This document shows positions 39,194-49,522 of a stretch of 64,000 bases of DNA, in pieces (position 1 is the stretch's first letter; each line of letters opens with the position of its first letter). The notes under the pieces are model-generated. The model had not been told where the DNA came from and made no database searches. It was given only the letters and a program-made list of their open reading frames with translations. Location: contig CAXXLZ010000002.1 in assembly GCA_963675595.2 (NCBI GenBank), forward strand, positions 3,680,001-3,744,000, written 5' to 3'. The translations under genes and the position numbers were made by a program. The DNA is from Thermodesulfobacteriota bacterium. Its GTDB lineage: Bacteria > Desulfobacterota > Desulfarculia > JACQYL01.

Positions 39194-39263
39194 GATTACA
39201 GATCGGGAACGGGTTTGAAATCCGCCCCTACGGGTTCACTGCCGCGCAGGCAGCCCCCTCCTC

Positions 39264-40694
39264 TCAACAAACCACCGGCCTCCGGTCGCGCCACGGCCGG
39301 GCGGTTTCCAGTTGCGAAGCCACACGAAACAAGGTTGTTTCGTCGCCGTATCTCCCCATGAATTGGATCCCGATGGGCAAACCTTCGCCGTTCCAGAACA
39401 GGGGCACGGTCATGGCGGGTTGTCCGGTTACATTGGCCGCCGCGGTAAAGGGCATGAATTCACCGGACCGGAACAGGCCCTTGAGGGGTTCTTCCGGCGG
39501 GGAGTCGAAGGTGCCCAGCGGAACGGGCGGTTCCGCCAGGGTCGGGGTGAGCCACAAATCATAGGTTTCAAAGAATTGCGCGATTTGTCGGGAAATCCCC
39601 TGCAGCACCGTGAGGTTGCGGACGTGGTCCGCGGCCGTCTGCTTGAGGCCGATTTGGTACCAGGCCCAGGTGAGGGGTTCGAATTCCTCCGGAGACAGGC
39701 TCTTGCCCGAAAGCCGCGCCATGTCCATCATGTCCGCCGTCTTGCCTCCGGCCCACAGCTTGAACAGAGCGCTGCCCATGGCTTTGACGTTCATTTCCGG
39801 GGAGGCTTCCTCCACGTGATGGCCCAGTTCGGAACACAAAGCCGCCGCTTTTTGCACCGCGTCCGCGCAATCGGGATGCACAGGATCCCCCTTGGGGGTT
39901 CGATCCGTGAAACCGATGCGCAGGCGTCCGGGTTCCACGCCCAGTTCCCGGCTGAAGGGGCGCTGCGGAGCCGGCGCATAGTAGGGATCGCCCGCGCCGG
40001 GACCGCTGGTGGCGTCCAGCAGGGCGGCGCTGTCGCGGATGGACCGGGTCACCGCGTGTTCACACACCAATCCGTGCATCACGTCCCCGAAGTCGGGACC
40101 CAGCGGATTGCGGCCCCGCGTGGGCTTGAGCCCGAACAGGCCGCAACAGGACGCGGGAATGCGGATGGACCCGCCGCCGTCGTTGGCGTGGGCCATGGGC
40201 ACGATACCTGCGGCCACGGCGGCCGAGGACCCGCCGCTGGACCCTCCGGTGGTGCGTTCCGGATCCCAGGGATTCCGGCAGGGCCCGAAGAGTCGGGATT
40301 CCGCCGTGGGCAGCAGGGCCAGTTCGGACACGTTGGTCTTTCCCAGGAGCACCAAGCCGGCTCGTTTCCAGCGCAGCACGATTTCACTGTCGTGATCCGG
40401 AATGAAATCCTTCATGAACCGGCTGCCGGAAGTCATGGGAAGCCCGGCCCAGAACGCCTGAAAGTCCTTGACCAGAAAAGGCACGCCCCGGAAAGGTTCC
40501 ACGGGAGCCGCGTCTTTGGCCGCTTCCAGAGCCTGGTCGAACGCCTTGGCAATCACTGCGTTCAATTTCGGGTTCAGTGCCTCGATGCGTTCCACGGCCG
40601 CTTGAACCAGTTCCAACGGGGTGATTTCTCTCTTCTTGATGAGTTCCGCCTGCGCAACGGCGTCCAGGAAAGCCAAGTCTTGGTGATCGACCAT
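39264..40694 (-). CDS. Amidase signature family enzyme
   Basis: VKD, GKTN, GGSSGGS and [10 protein letters not shown] motifs. Confidence 0.95.
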   Translation of the reverse strand: MVDHQDLAFLDAVAQAELIKKREITPLELVQAAVERIEALNPKLNAVIAKAFDQALEAAKDAAPVEPFRGVPFLVKDFQAFWAGLPMTSGSRFMKDFIPDHDSEIVLRWKRAGLVLLGKTNVSELALLPTAESRLFGPCRNPWDPERTTGGSSGGSSAAVAAGIVPMAHANDGGGSIRIPASCCGLFGLKPTRGRNPLGPDFGDVMHGLVCEHAVTRSIRDSAALLDATSGPGAGDPYYAPAPQRPFSRELGVEPGRLRIGFTDRTPKGDPVHPDCADAVQKAAALCSELGHHVEEASPEMNVKAMGSALFKLWAGGKTADMMDMARLSGKSLSPEEFEPLTWAWYQIGLKQTAADHVRNLTVLQGISRQIAQFFETYDLWLTPTLAEPPVPLGTFDSPPEEPLKGLFRSGEFMPFTAAANVTGQPAMTVPLFWNGEGLPIGIQFMGRYGDETTLFRVASQLETARPWRDRRPVVC

Positions 40695-40994
40695 GGAAAA
40701 TTCCTTTTAGAGGCTTGAGGGTTGGTTTTGGATCAGGGATGGGCGGGGGGGGAACTTCTGAAAAAGTTCCCCCCCGTTGCCCCCCTTCCAAACTTCCAAA
40801 GCGCGCCGGCCCGCCTTCGGCGTGACGGCTGACGGGCGAGTCCGGGAGAATCGCCGCTGCGAATGAGCCGAAAAAACAGTATAGCCGAGGGGCGTAGGTT
40901 GGATCAATGGATGGAGTTCGCGGAATGAGGGGCCGGAGGGGCGCAGGTGTGGGCTCAATTGGACATGGATGGTGGTTGACGGGCTTGAGTTCGT

Positions 40995-41135
40995 CGTTTG
41001 TGGAAGAGAGCGCGTCGATGTATAATCTGCAGGTAGCTCCCATGGAAGTGCTGCGACGGCGGCGAGGCCAAGGTGGTTCAGGTGCGCCAAGTTCGGGCGG
41101 TGATTCTGAAATATAACATGGGAGGTGATCTGTAG
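40995..41135 (+). pseudogene. Frameshifted HicA-family toxin remnant
   Basis: VEE...NLQ, then in another frame GEAKVVQVRQVRAVILKYNMGGDL* (41061-41135) abutting hicB. Confidence 0.6.
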
Positions 41136-41348
41136 ATGCTGAGATACGAGATCATCATTTATTGGAGTGAGGAGGACGGCGTGTTTGTGGCGGAAGTTCC
41201 CGAATTGCCGGGTTGTGCCGCACATGGCGCAACGGAGGAAGCCGCCCTCAAAAACGTGAAGGATGCCGTTGGGCTGTGGATCGATACGGCTCGGGAATTT
41301 GGAGATCCGATTCCGGAGCCCAAAGGGCGTCGTCTCATGTACGCGTAG
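41136..41348 (+). CDS. hicB: HicB-family antitoxin
   Basis: YWSEEDGVFVAEVPELPGCAAHG.T.E.A...GDPIPEP motif. Confidence 0.9.
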   Translation: MLRYEIIIYWSEEDGVFVAEVPELPGCAAHGATEEAALKNVKDAVGLWIDTAREFGDPIPEPKGRRLMYA

Positions 41349-41477
41349 AACCGTGACGGTAGCGGTACCGATGCGGCCTTGCACGGCCGGACCTCTTCGG
41401 GTACGGCTCGATCATCGGTGGGAGAGGATGAACAGAGAATGTCATTGTCGGGAATCAACAACCCAAAGGAGAACCGA

Positions 41478-41972
41478 ATGAAAATCAGAATGACGGCATT
41501 GATCGCGGTGGTTTCCGTTTTCGTGCTCATGTTCGCAGGGGTGTCTTTCGCGCAGAAAGGCATGGGACAGGGCATGGGACAGGGCATGGGACAGGGCATG
41601 GGACAGGGAGGAGGCGGTTGGGGCAAAGGCGGCGCCTACAGCAGGATGTATGATCCCAACAGTGTGGTGACCATCACGGGTGAAGTGGTGAGCGTGGATA
41701 AGATCACGCCCATGAAGGGCATGTCCCACGGAGTTCACATTACGGTGAAGACCGACACGGAAACCGTGTCCGTGCATCTGGGGCCGGCCTGGTATCTGGA
41801 AAATCAGGACATCTCCATCCAACCCAAAGACGTGGTCACGGTCACGGGATCGCGCATCGACTTTCATGGTCAACCGGCCATCATTGCGTCTCAAGTGAAA
41901 AAAGGTGAAGACATGATCACGCTTCGGGATGAGCAGGGGGTTCCCGTGTGGAGCGGGTGGAAACAGCGGTAA
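41478..41972 (+). CDS. Secreted OB-fold protein with GMGQ repeats
   Basis: Signal peptide; YDP..V.TITGEV, VHLGPAWY and LRDEQGVPVW motifs. Confidence 0.8.
   Translation: MKIRMTALIAVVSVFVLMFAGVSFAQKGMGQGMGQGMGQGMGQGGGGWGKGGAYSRMYDPNSVVTITGEVVSVDKITPMKGMSHGVHITVKTDTETVSVHLGPAWYLENQDISIQPKDVVTVTGSRIDFHGQPAIIASQVKKGEDMITLRDEQGVPVWSGWKQR
41559..41606 (+). repeat. In-frame 12-bp tandem repeat (GGCATGGGACAG)x4
   Basis: Four exact copies encoding GMGQ. Confidence 0.95.
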
Positions 41973-42410
41973 TCAGATTCCGCCGCATGTTGAGGTGAGA
42001 AAGCCAAGCCGTATTCATTTCGTGGTGTGTCCGGGACAACCTTTTGAAAAGGGTCGTCCCGGCCCCTTTCCAAGACTTTCCGAGAGGGTTGCCCGCTCGC
42101 GCGTCGCAACCGGGGTCGGGGAGGCTCTCCGAACAGGTTACCGGATCCAACCCACCGGAATGCTCGACGAGGGCGTGGCGGCTTGAATGCTTTCAATGGA
42201 TGGAGAACCTCATCGGTTCGGCTCCGTGCCCGGCGAGGCGTTGATTTCGTGATCAATGCAGGGTAGGAGTAAGAGAGCCGGCACGGGTCCTGAAACGGCC
42301 CCGAAGGATAGGATTGTCGGCGGGCGGGCAAACGCTCCCATCCAGGCCCATCCCTTGACGCACGTTCGGTCTTTTTCATTGAACCCTCATCGGTATCAGG
42401 AGGTTGCGGG

Positions 42411-43676
42411 ATGTCGAAGAAGAGAAAACTCGGAAGAGGCGTTGCGATCGTCGGCGCCGGTATGTCGAAGTTCGGGATGTTCAAGGACAGAGACTCCAAG
42501 GACGTATTCGTGGAGGCATATAAGGAAATGATGGCCTCCATAGACAAAGGCTTTGATCCCAACGATATCGACGCCTTGTACCTGGGGAACTTCACCAACG
42601 ATTTCTTTATGCACCAGGCCCACTGGGGACCCATCGTCACCGATTTGATCGGCATTACCCCCAAACCGGCGACGAGAACGGAAGGCGCGTGCGCATCGAG
42701 CGCTCTGGCGTTTCGTGAAGGCGTGTTCGCCATTGCGTCGGGCTTCTACGATCTGGTGCTGGTGGGCGGACTCGAAGAAATGTCCAAGCGCACCACCGAG
42801 GAAGTGGCCGAAGGGTTGGCCCTGGCGTCCGTACCTTACGAAATGAAAGTCGGTTTCACCTTTCCCGGCGTGTTCGGAACGCTGGCCACCGCGTATTTCG
42901 ACAAATACGGCGCGTCCCGGGAAGACCTCATGAACGTCACCATCAAGAGCCACAACAACGCGCCTCTGAATCCCAAGGCGCAGTTTCCCGTGACCATCCG
43001 TGACTTGATGGAATCCAGAAAAGCCAAGATGGAGCAGAAAGGCATGCCGGCTCCGGAGTGGCAGGATGAAAAGGATTTCCTCCGGGATCCGGCCATGAAT
43101 CCCGCGGTGGCGTGGCCCATGCACCTGTTCGACTGCTGCCCCATCAGCGACGGCGCGGCCTGCATGCTGCTGGCCTCCGAAGATATCGCCAAGAACTTCA
43201 CGGATACGCCCATTTCCATCATCGGGATCGGGCAGGGCAGTGGTCGCGGGCTCCACGCCGCGGCGGAACTCACCTCCTTTGAAGCCACCAAGAACGCGGC
43301 GGAAGAAGCCTACGGCATGTCCGGACTGACGCCGGAGGACATTCAGTTCGCCGAAGTGCACGACTGCTTTTCCATGGCGGAACTCATCCACATCGAGGAC
43401 CTGGGCTTCTTCAAGGCGGGGGAAGGATACAAGGCCGTGGGCGAAGGGTTGACGCGGCTGGACGGCCCCAAGCCCATCAACACCTCCGGCGGTCTCAAGT
43501 GCAAGGGACACCCGGTGGGCGCCACGGGCATCGCCCAGTTGTATGAAATCTGGACGCAGCTTCGAGGACAGGCCGGCAAACGCCAGGTGCCCATCAAGGA
43601 CCTGCGCATCGGCGGAGCCCACAACCTCGGCGGTACGGGCGGAACCTGCACCTTTACCATCCTGGAGAGGAGATAA
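42411..43676 (+). CDS. Thiolase (SCP2/archaeal-type acetyl-CoA acetyltransferase)
   Basis: EGACASS, EVHDCF, GHPVGATG and HNLGG motifs. Confidence 0.93.
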   Translation: MSKKRKLGRGVAIVGAGMSKFGMFKDRDSKDVFVEAYKEMMASIDKGFDPNDIDALYLGNFTNDFFMHQAHWGPIVTDLIGITPKPATRTEGACASSALAFREGVFAIASGFYDLVLVGGLEEMSKRTTEEVAEGLALASVPYEMKVGFTFPGVFGTLATAYFDKYGASREDLMNVTIKSHNNAPLNPKAQFPVTIRDLMESRKAKMEQKGMPAPEWQDEKDFLRDPAMNPAVAWPMHLFDCCPISDGAACMLLASEDIAKNFTDTPISIIGIGQGSGRGLHAAAELTSFEATKNAAEEAYGMSGLTPEDIQFAEVHDCFSMAELIHIEDLGFFKAGEGYKAVGEGLTRLDGPKPINTSGGLKCKGHPVGATGIAQLYEIWTQLRGQAGKRQVPIKDLRIGGAHNLGGTGGTCTFTILERR

Positions 43677-43680
43677 ACCC

Positions 43681-44097
43681 ATGATCGACAAACCGTTGAG
43701 CGATGTTTCATATGAGCAGTTCCTGAGGGAAGACAAGCTCATGGGGTCTCGCTGCAAGAAATGCGGAGACGTATTCACCCCTCCCAGGCCCATTTGCCCC
43801 AAATGCACCGATTCCGAGCTCGAATGGGTTCAGATGAAGGGAACCGGCAAGCTCGCGGCCTTTACCTGCATTTCCATCGGCCCCGGGTTCATGAACGCGG
43901 AAGGATTCAGCCGCAAGAATCCCTATTGCGTCGGCGTGGTGGAACTGGATGAAGGCACCAGAGTGGACGCCCGCATCGAAGGCGTGGACACCCTGAATCC
44001 GGAGACCATCAAAGTGGGTACGCCCATGACGGTGAAATTCCTCCATCGGGGCGAAGGGATCGACCAGAAGGTATTTCTCGCTTTTGAACCGGTCTGA
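43681..44097 (+). CDS. Zn-ribbon OB-fold protein (DUF35), thiolase partner
   Basis: CKKCG...PPRPICPKC; located directly after the thiolase. Confidence 0.92.
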   Translation: MIDKPLSDVSYEQFLREDKLMGSRCKKCGDVFTPPRPICPKCTDSELEWVQMKGTGKLAAFTCISIGPGFMNAEGFSRKNPYCVGVVELDEGTRVDARIEGVDTLNPETIKVGTPMTVKFLHRGEGIDQKVFLAFEPV

Positions 44098-44129
44098 CGC
44101 CCGGTTGCTTGAATTCGTCGGTTGAACGT

Positions 44130-44168
44130 ACCGGGGGACGCTTTCCATAAGCCCCCCGGTTTTTTTTT
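44130..44168 (+). terminator. Intrinsic terminator
   Basis: ACCGGGGG...CCCCCGGT stem followed by a T run. Confidence 0.75.
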
Positions 44169-44274
44169 CGCGGACCTGCTTCTCCGAAAATCGAAGGGTC
44201 AAGTCCACAAGATTTTTTGACGAGGCAATCCGCAATTCCCTATGATTGATTGTGGATGACGAAATTCCGTACGC

Positions 44275-44366
44275 ATTCACCGGGGGGGAACTTTTTAAAA
44301 AGTTCCCCCCCCGGTACCCGCTCTCAAAAATTTCAACCAGGCCTCACCGCCTCCGGCGGAGAGGCT
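44275..44366 (+). repeat. REP-like composite element, family R
   Basis: ATTCACCGGGGGGGAACTTTTTAAAAAGTTCCCCCC...GGCCTCACCGCCTCCGGCGGAGAGGC. Confidence 0.85.
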
Positions 44367-44541
44367 CCATGCGGCGAGTGGATTTCCGGATTCGGGCGCC
44401 TTTGTCGAAGGCTCCGTTCCTAATGCGTCCGGCAATCGGTTTCCCTACCTACCCTGCGGGCGGCTACGAAATTTCGGATGGGTTCCGGCTCCGTAGGAAT
44501 CGGGGACGACTTCTTGGTTTGACTGCAAGGGAGGAGACGAG

Positions 44542-47487
44542 GTGTTTTCACCGGCGAAGCTTTGGAAAACCCGTTGGGGAAAGGCGGCCGCGGTTTCCGT
44601 CGTGCTGCTTCTGCTCTATACCGTGGTGGGATTTCTCGTGGTCCCGTGGACCGCGAAGTCCATGCTCGCGGAGAAACTCTCCCAAGCCCTCAACCGGCAG
44701 GTCTCCGTGCAACGGGTACGAACCAACCCGTACACTTTTTTCGCGCAGGTGGAGGGGCTGGAAGCCAAGGACCCGGATGGGAAGACTTTCTTCTCCTTGA
44801 AAAGTTTTTCAGTGAACATGGGGTTCTGGTCCTCTCTTTTTCACCTGGCTCCCGTGGTGAGCGAATGCTTGTTGGAGGACCCGTATGTTCGCGTGGTGCG
44901 ACACGCGGATGGGCGGTTTAATTTTTCGGACCTTACCGAAGCCGACGACAAAGAGGAGGCTCCGCCGGAACAAAAAGCCCCGGAAGGCGGGGACGTGCCG
45001 GCCTTTTCTCTGTCGAAGTTCAAAATTTCCGGAGGGAGCATCGACTATCAGGATGAGAAAAAGCACTTCAGCCACGATTTTAGCCGGTTGGCCCTGGATT
45101 TACCCTTTATTTCCACCATGAAGAAGGAGTCCGAAGGCGAATCCGTGTTCTCGTTTTCGGGGGAGACTTCGGCCGAGGAGGTCGTGCTTTCCGACGGGGC
45201 TCTGGAACTGCGGCCGTTTCGGGTGTCGGGAACGATCGAACTGAAGGGCATTCCCATCAAAAAGTATACGCCCTATTTCGCGGATCTGATCCGGTTCGAG
45301 ATTGCGGACGGGTCGTTGTCCGTGAAGTCGAGCTTCCGGTTCGGCGCGATTGCCGAGGATTTGCCGGAAATTCATGACGTGGGATTGAAAATCGATTCTC
45401 TCCGCCTGGTTTCAACGGACAAGGTTCCTTTTGTGGTCATCCCTTCCCTGGCCGTGAAGGACGCGGATGTCCATCTCAAGGGCAGACGCGTGTCCGTGGG
45501 AGAGATTTCGACGGAACAAGGGGAGGTCCGGGTTCTGAGAGATGAAAACGGCGCGCTGAATCTGCAGAATCTCGTGGCCGGCGGTGGTGCGGACACCAAG
45601 GAAGCGCCCGAGGAATCGGAGACGACTTCGGAGGACGCTTGGGTCTTCGAGCTGAAAAACGGGCGTGTGGGTCATTATGCGGTTCACGTGGAGGATCGGG
45701 TTCCCGCCGATCCGGCGGTGGTGGACTTGCGGGACCTTGCCGTGGAAGTGACCGATCTCAAGACGGAGGAGAACGCCGAGGCGAAAATCCGCGTTGCCTC
45801 CAACATCAACGACAACGGCACGGCGGAAATTCAAGGCCGAATGACCCTGATTCCCTTGAGCCTGGACCTTTCCCTGGACGTCCAAAAAGTGGACCTGCCT
45901 CCTTTCCAGCCGTACCTTCCGCCGAACGTCAAGGTGGTGCTCAAGAAAGGTTATGCCCAGACCAAGGGCGAATTCCGGTTGGACGCGAGCGGCTCCTCGG
46001 ATCCCGAAATCTCCTACGCCGGCGATGTTTCGGTGATGGACCTGGCGACCGTGGATGACGTGTCACAAAGCCGACTCATCGACTGGGACGCCCTGGAATT
46101 TTCCAAAATGGACCTGAACGTGCGTCCGTTCCGTTTGTCCGTCAAGGGTGTCGGACTCACGGGAATGCGTTGCCGCCTGATCATCGAGAAGAACGGCGCC
46201 ATTAATCTGGCCGAGGCTTTCGCCTCCTCACCCGCGAAAGACGGCGGGGAGCCGGAGGAACCTTCACCCGCCGAGAAGGATGCGTCGAATTCAGCGTCCG
46301 TCGATGTGGGCGGGGTCACGGTGCAAAACGGGCAAATCGATTTCTCGGATTACAGCATTCAACCGAATTTCAACAGCGCGTTGCAGGAACTCACAGGCAC
46401 CGTTTCCCGGTTGCATACGGGGCAGAAAGAGCCCAGCGAAATCCTGATCCAGGGGAAAATGGGGGAATACGCGCCTCTTGAAATCAAGGGGAAGGTCAAT
46501 CTTTTCAGCAAAGGTCTGTATGCGGACGTGGGTCTGAACTTCAAGAACATCAACCTGGATCCCATGGACCCGTACTCGGGAACCTATCTGGGATACGTCA
46601 TCAAGCGCGGTCGATTGAGCCTGGCGTTGAATTACCAGTTGGTCGAAAATAGACTACAGGCCAAGAACCGCATCCGGTTGGATCAGTTCGAGTTGGGAGA
46701 CAATGTTGACAGCCCCAAAGCCACCTCCCTGCCGGTTCGATTCGCCATTGCGCTGCTGAAGGACAGGGACGGGAACATCGACTTGAACATTCCGGTTGCG
46801 GGAGAAGTGAACGACCCCAAGTTCGACTTGGGCGAGGTCATTGTAAAAGCACTGACCAGCCTGGTGTCCAAACTGGTCAGCGCGCCTTTCGCCGCCCTGG
46901 GCGCGGTTTTCGCCGGCGGCGAGGACCTGAGCTTCGTGGTGTTTCCCTACGGCAGCGCGGAACTGACCCTGGACCAGGAAGAGAAGCTCAACAACCTGGA
47001 GACGGCGCTTTACGAGCGTCCCGAGCTGACCATCGAGATTCGAGGTCGGGCGGTGGAGAATTTGGACTCCCCGGCCCTGAGGGACAACCAGTTCGAGATG
47101 CTGCTCAAAATGGAAAAGAGAAAGGATCTCCAGCAGAAGGGGACTTTCGCGCCGCCCCTGGAAGAGATCAAGGTACTCCCCGGAGAGCGGGAAACCTACA
47201 TCCGGCAGGCCTACGAGCGGTCCGATTTTCCCAAGCCCAAGGATGCCCGGGGCAAAGTCGTACCCATTTCTTTCGAGGAAATTCGGAAGCTGCTCTTCAC
47301 TCACGTGGAGGTGCCGCGGATGGAATTGACCGATCTGGCCGATGAACGGGCCGAGAACGCCAAGAAGTATCTGCTCAGGGACGGAAAAGTCTCACCGGAT
47401 CGAATCCGCGTAGCGGACGGCCAAGTCGTGGCCGAAGCGGAGGGTCGGGACGACGGACTGGTGGGAGTGAATTTCGAACTGAAATAA
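44542..47487 (+). CDS. DUF748 (AsmA-like) protein with C-terminal OmpA-like region
   Basis: N-terminal TM anchor; NPYT, GRFNFSDL, PYSGTYLGY and ALLKDRDGNIDL motifs. Confidence 0.88.
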   Translation: MFSPAKLWKTRWGKAAAVSVVLLLLYTVVGFLVVPWTAKSMLAEKLSQALNRQVSVQRVRTNPYTFFAQVEGLEAKDPDGKTFFSLKSFSVNMGFWSSLFHLAPVVSECLLEDPYVRVVRHADGRFNFSDLTEADDKEEAPPEQKAPEGGDVPAFSLSKFKISGGSIDYQDEKKHFSHDFSRLALDLPFISTMKKESEGESVFSFSGETSAEEVVLSDGALELRPFRVSGTIELKGIPIKKYTPYFADLIRFEIADGSLSVKSSFRFGAIAEDLPEIHDVGLKIDSLRLVSTDKVPFVVIPSLAVKDADVHLKGRRVSVGEISTEQGEVRVLRDENGALNLQNLVAGGGADTKEAPEESETTSEDAWVFELKNGRVGHYAVHVEDRVPADPAVVDLRDLAVEVTDLKTEENAEAKIRVASNINDNGTAEIQGRMTLIPLSLDLSLDVQKVDLPPFQPYLPPNVKVVLKKGYAQTKGEFRLDASGSSDPEISYAGDVSVMDLATVDDVSQSRLIDWDALEFSKMDLNVRPFRLSVKGVGLTGMRCRLIIEKNGAINLAEAFASSPAKDGGEPEEPSPAEKDASNSASVDVGGVTVQNGQIDFSDYSIQPNFNSALQELTGTVSRLHTGQKEPSEILIQGKMGEYAPLEIKGKVNLFSKGLYADVGLNFKNINLDPMDPYSGTYLGYVIKRGRLSLALNYQLVENRLQAKNRIRLDQFELGDNVDSPKATSLPVRFAIALLKDRDGNIDLNIPVAGEVNDPKFDLGEVIVKALTSLVSKLVSAPFAALGAVFAGGEDLSFVVFPYGSAELTLDQEEKLNNLETALYERPELTIEIRGRAVENLDSPALRDNQFEMLLKMEKRKDLQQKGTFAPPLEEIKVLPGERETYIRQAYERSDFPKPKDARGKVVPISFEEIRKLLFTHVEVPRMELTDLADERAENAKKYLLRDGKVSPDRIRVADGQVVAEAEGRDDGLVGVNFELK

Positions 47488-47584
47488 GTGCGACCGACCC
47501 GTTTCGGGCCGGCCGCACTCAAATACTTGACCGGGGGGGCTGGTCGATCGCCCCCGGCCGAGGTGTTTCGGAATAAGCCGGCGG

Positions 47585-48580
47585 CTATTCCGCCTTGATT
47601 TTCTTGATTTCTTCCGTGAGTGCCGGGACGTAGTCGAAAAGGTCTCCCACCACGCCGTAATCCGATTTCTGAAAAATGGGCGCGTCGGGGTCCTTGTTGA
47701 TGGCCACGATGACTTTCGAGGAGGCCATACCCGCCAAGTGCTGGATGGAACCGGAGATTCCGCAGGCGATGTAAAGGTTGGGGGTGACCACCTTGCCCGT
47801 CTGTCCGACCTGATCCCCGTGGTGCCGCCATCCGGCGTCCACTGCGGAACGGGAAGCGCCCACCGTGGCTCCGAGCACGTCGGCCAGCGCTTCGAGAATG
47901 GCGAAGTTCTCTCCGCTCTTCATTCCTCGACCGCCGGAAACGATGATTTCCGCTTCGGTAAGGTCCACCTTGCCGGTTTCGTCCGCCAGGACTTCCACCA
48001 CTTCCGTTTTGAGGGACGCCGCATCCAGGGACACGGGCTTGGTTTCCACCTCGGCCTTCCGGCTTTCGTCCGGGGGCGCCGGGGTCAACACGTTGGGACG
48101 GGCCGTGGCCATTTGCAGGCCCTCACCCTGATACCCCACTTCGGCCATCACCTTGCCGGCGAAAATAGGCCGGGTGGCCACCAGGTTGCCGCCGTCGTCC
48201 AAGTCGAACCCCACGCAGTCCATGGCCAGGCCGGCGTCCAGTGCGGCGGCCAAACGAGCCGAGAGGTCCTTACCCTGGGCCGACGCTCCCAGAAGCAGAA
48301 TCGCGGGGGCGCCTTCTTTTGCCACGGGTACGATGGCTCCGCAGTAGGCGTCCGTGGTGTAGGCGGCCAGTTTGTCGTCTTCCAGCACGATGACGCGGTC
48401 CGCGCCGTAAGCGCCCAGGCCCGCCGCTTTTTCACCGATGCCGGGGCCTCCGGCCAGCACGGAGGTAACCTGACCTCCGGTTCGGTCCGCCAGCCTTCTC
48501 GCCTCACTGATCACCTCGAAGGTGACCTTTCGAATGTCTCCGTTGCGCTGTTCCGCGATCGTCCAAATATCCTTTGCCAT
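47585..48580 (-). CDS. etfA: Electron transfer flavoprotein alpha subunit
   Basis: [23 protein letters not shown] and AINKD motifs. Confidence 0.96.
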   Translation of the reverse strand: MAKDIWTIAEQRNGDIRKVTFEVISEARRLADRTGGQVTSVLAGGPGIGEKAAGLGAYGADRVIVLEDDKLAAYTTDAYCGAIVPVAKEGAPAILLLGASAQGKDLSARLAAALDAGLAMDCVGFDLDDGGNLVATRPIFAGKVMAEVGYQGEGLQMATARPNVLTPAPPDESRKAEVETKPVSLDAASLKTEVVEVLADETGKVDLTEAEIIVSGGRGMKSGENFAILEALADVLGATVGASRSAVDAGWRHHGDQVGQTGKVVTPNLYIACGISGSIQHLAGMASSKVIVAINKDPDAPIFQKSDYGVVGDLFDYVPALTEEIKKIKAE

Positions 48581-48643
48581 ATCGGTGATTCTCCCTATGG
48601 TCTGGAGGTCGTTTGTCGCTTGATGAAGAACCGGGCGAACCCG

Positions 48644-49438
48644 TTAGATGACTTTGGCCTCTTCGCGAAGCAGCCTGGCCAATTCGGCGGAGGTTTCCTC
48701 CACCGTTTCCCCGGAAACGATCTTGCCCGCTTCTCGCTGGGGAGGAGGCGTCAATTTGAGCACCCGGGATCGGCTTCCAGCGGCGCCCACGGTGGCGGCG
48801 TCCAGTCCCAGGTCCGCGGCTTTCTTTTCCTCCATCGGTTTCTTCTTGGCTTTCATGATACCCGGCAGGGAGGCGTAGCGAGGCTCGTTGAGACCTTTCT
48901 GGCAGGTAATCAAGGCCGGGAGGGAGGAGCGGATGACCAGGGTCGCGCCTTCCACGGGACGGTTCACCGTAACGGAGGTCGCATCGTCGGCGACTTCCAC
49001 TTTGGTGATTACGGAAAGGTTGGGGATTCCTAAATATTCCGCCAGGGCGGCGCCCACGGTGGTATTGTCGTTGTCGATGGCCCGCTGTCCGCAGAAAACC
49101 AGGTCGTGCGGAATCGTCTTGATGGCCGCGGCCAGGGCTCGCGCCACGGCGAAGGAGTCGCCGCCTTCCAGCGCGTCGTCGTTGAGCAGCATGCCCTTGT
49201 CCGCTCCCATGGCCAGGGCCGTGCGTACGGCTTCCGTGGCCCTCTTGGGCCCCAAGCTCACCACGGTCACCGTTCCGCCGAGTTTCTCTCTAAGGCGCAG
49301 GGCCTCTTCCACCCCGAATTCGTCATAGGGGCTCATGACCCATTTGATGTCGTCCGTCACGATTCCCGTGCCCTCCGCATTGATCTTGATTTGGGTCTCG
49401 GTATCGGGAACCTGCTTGATGCATACCACGATCTCCAT
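48644..49438 (-). CDS. etfB: Electron transfer flavoprotein beta subunit
   Basis: CIKQVPD, ALAMGAD and NEPRYASL..IMKAKKK motifs. Confidence 0.96.
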   Translation of the reverse strand: MEIVVCIKQVPDTETQIKINAEGTGIVTDDIKWVMSPYDEFGVEEALRLREKLGGTVTVVSLGPKRATEAVRTALAMGADKGMLLNDDALEGGDSFAVARALAAAIKTIPHDLVFCGQRAIDNDNTTVGAALAEYLGIPNLSVITKVEVADDATSVTVNRPVEGATLVIRSSLPALITCQKGLNEPRYASLPGIMKAKKKPMEEKKAADLGLDAATVGAAGSRSRVLKLTPPPQREAGKIVSGETVEETSAELARLLREEAKVI

Positions 49439-49522
49439 TTCCGTCTCCTTTCCCTATGGGGAATTGGGGTTGCGGCCATGATGATTCAATCCCCCGCATG
49501 TTCGGGGGGGGATGGCCGCTTG

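Noticed and set aside
26808-39260. Complete integron or prophage
   Set aside because: No tyrosine/serine integrase or phage genes in the window; only degenerate attC-like sites.
41478-41972. Magnetosome MamS/MamX-like gene
   Set aside because: The OB-fold motif is widespread; no CxxCH and no other mam genes nearby.
39312-49033. Long antisense ORFs (e.g. 39312-40718, 42396-43808, 47738-49033)
   Set aside because: Shadow frames of well-supported GC-rich genes on the opposite strand.
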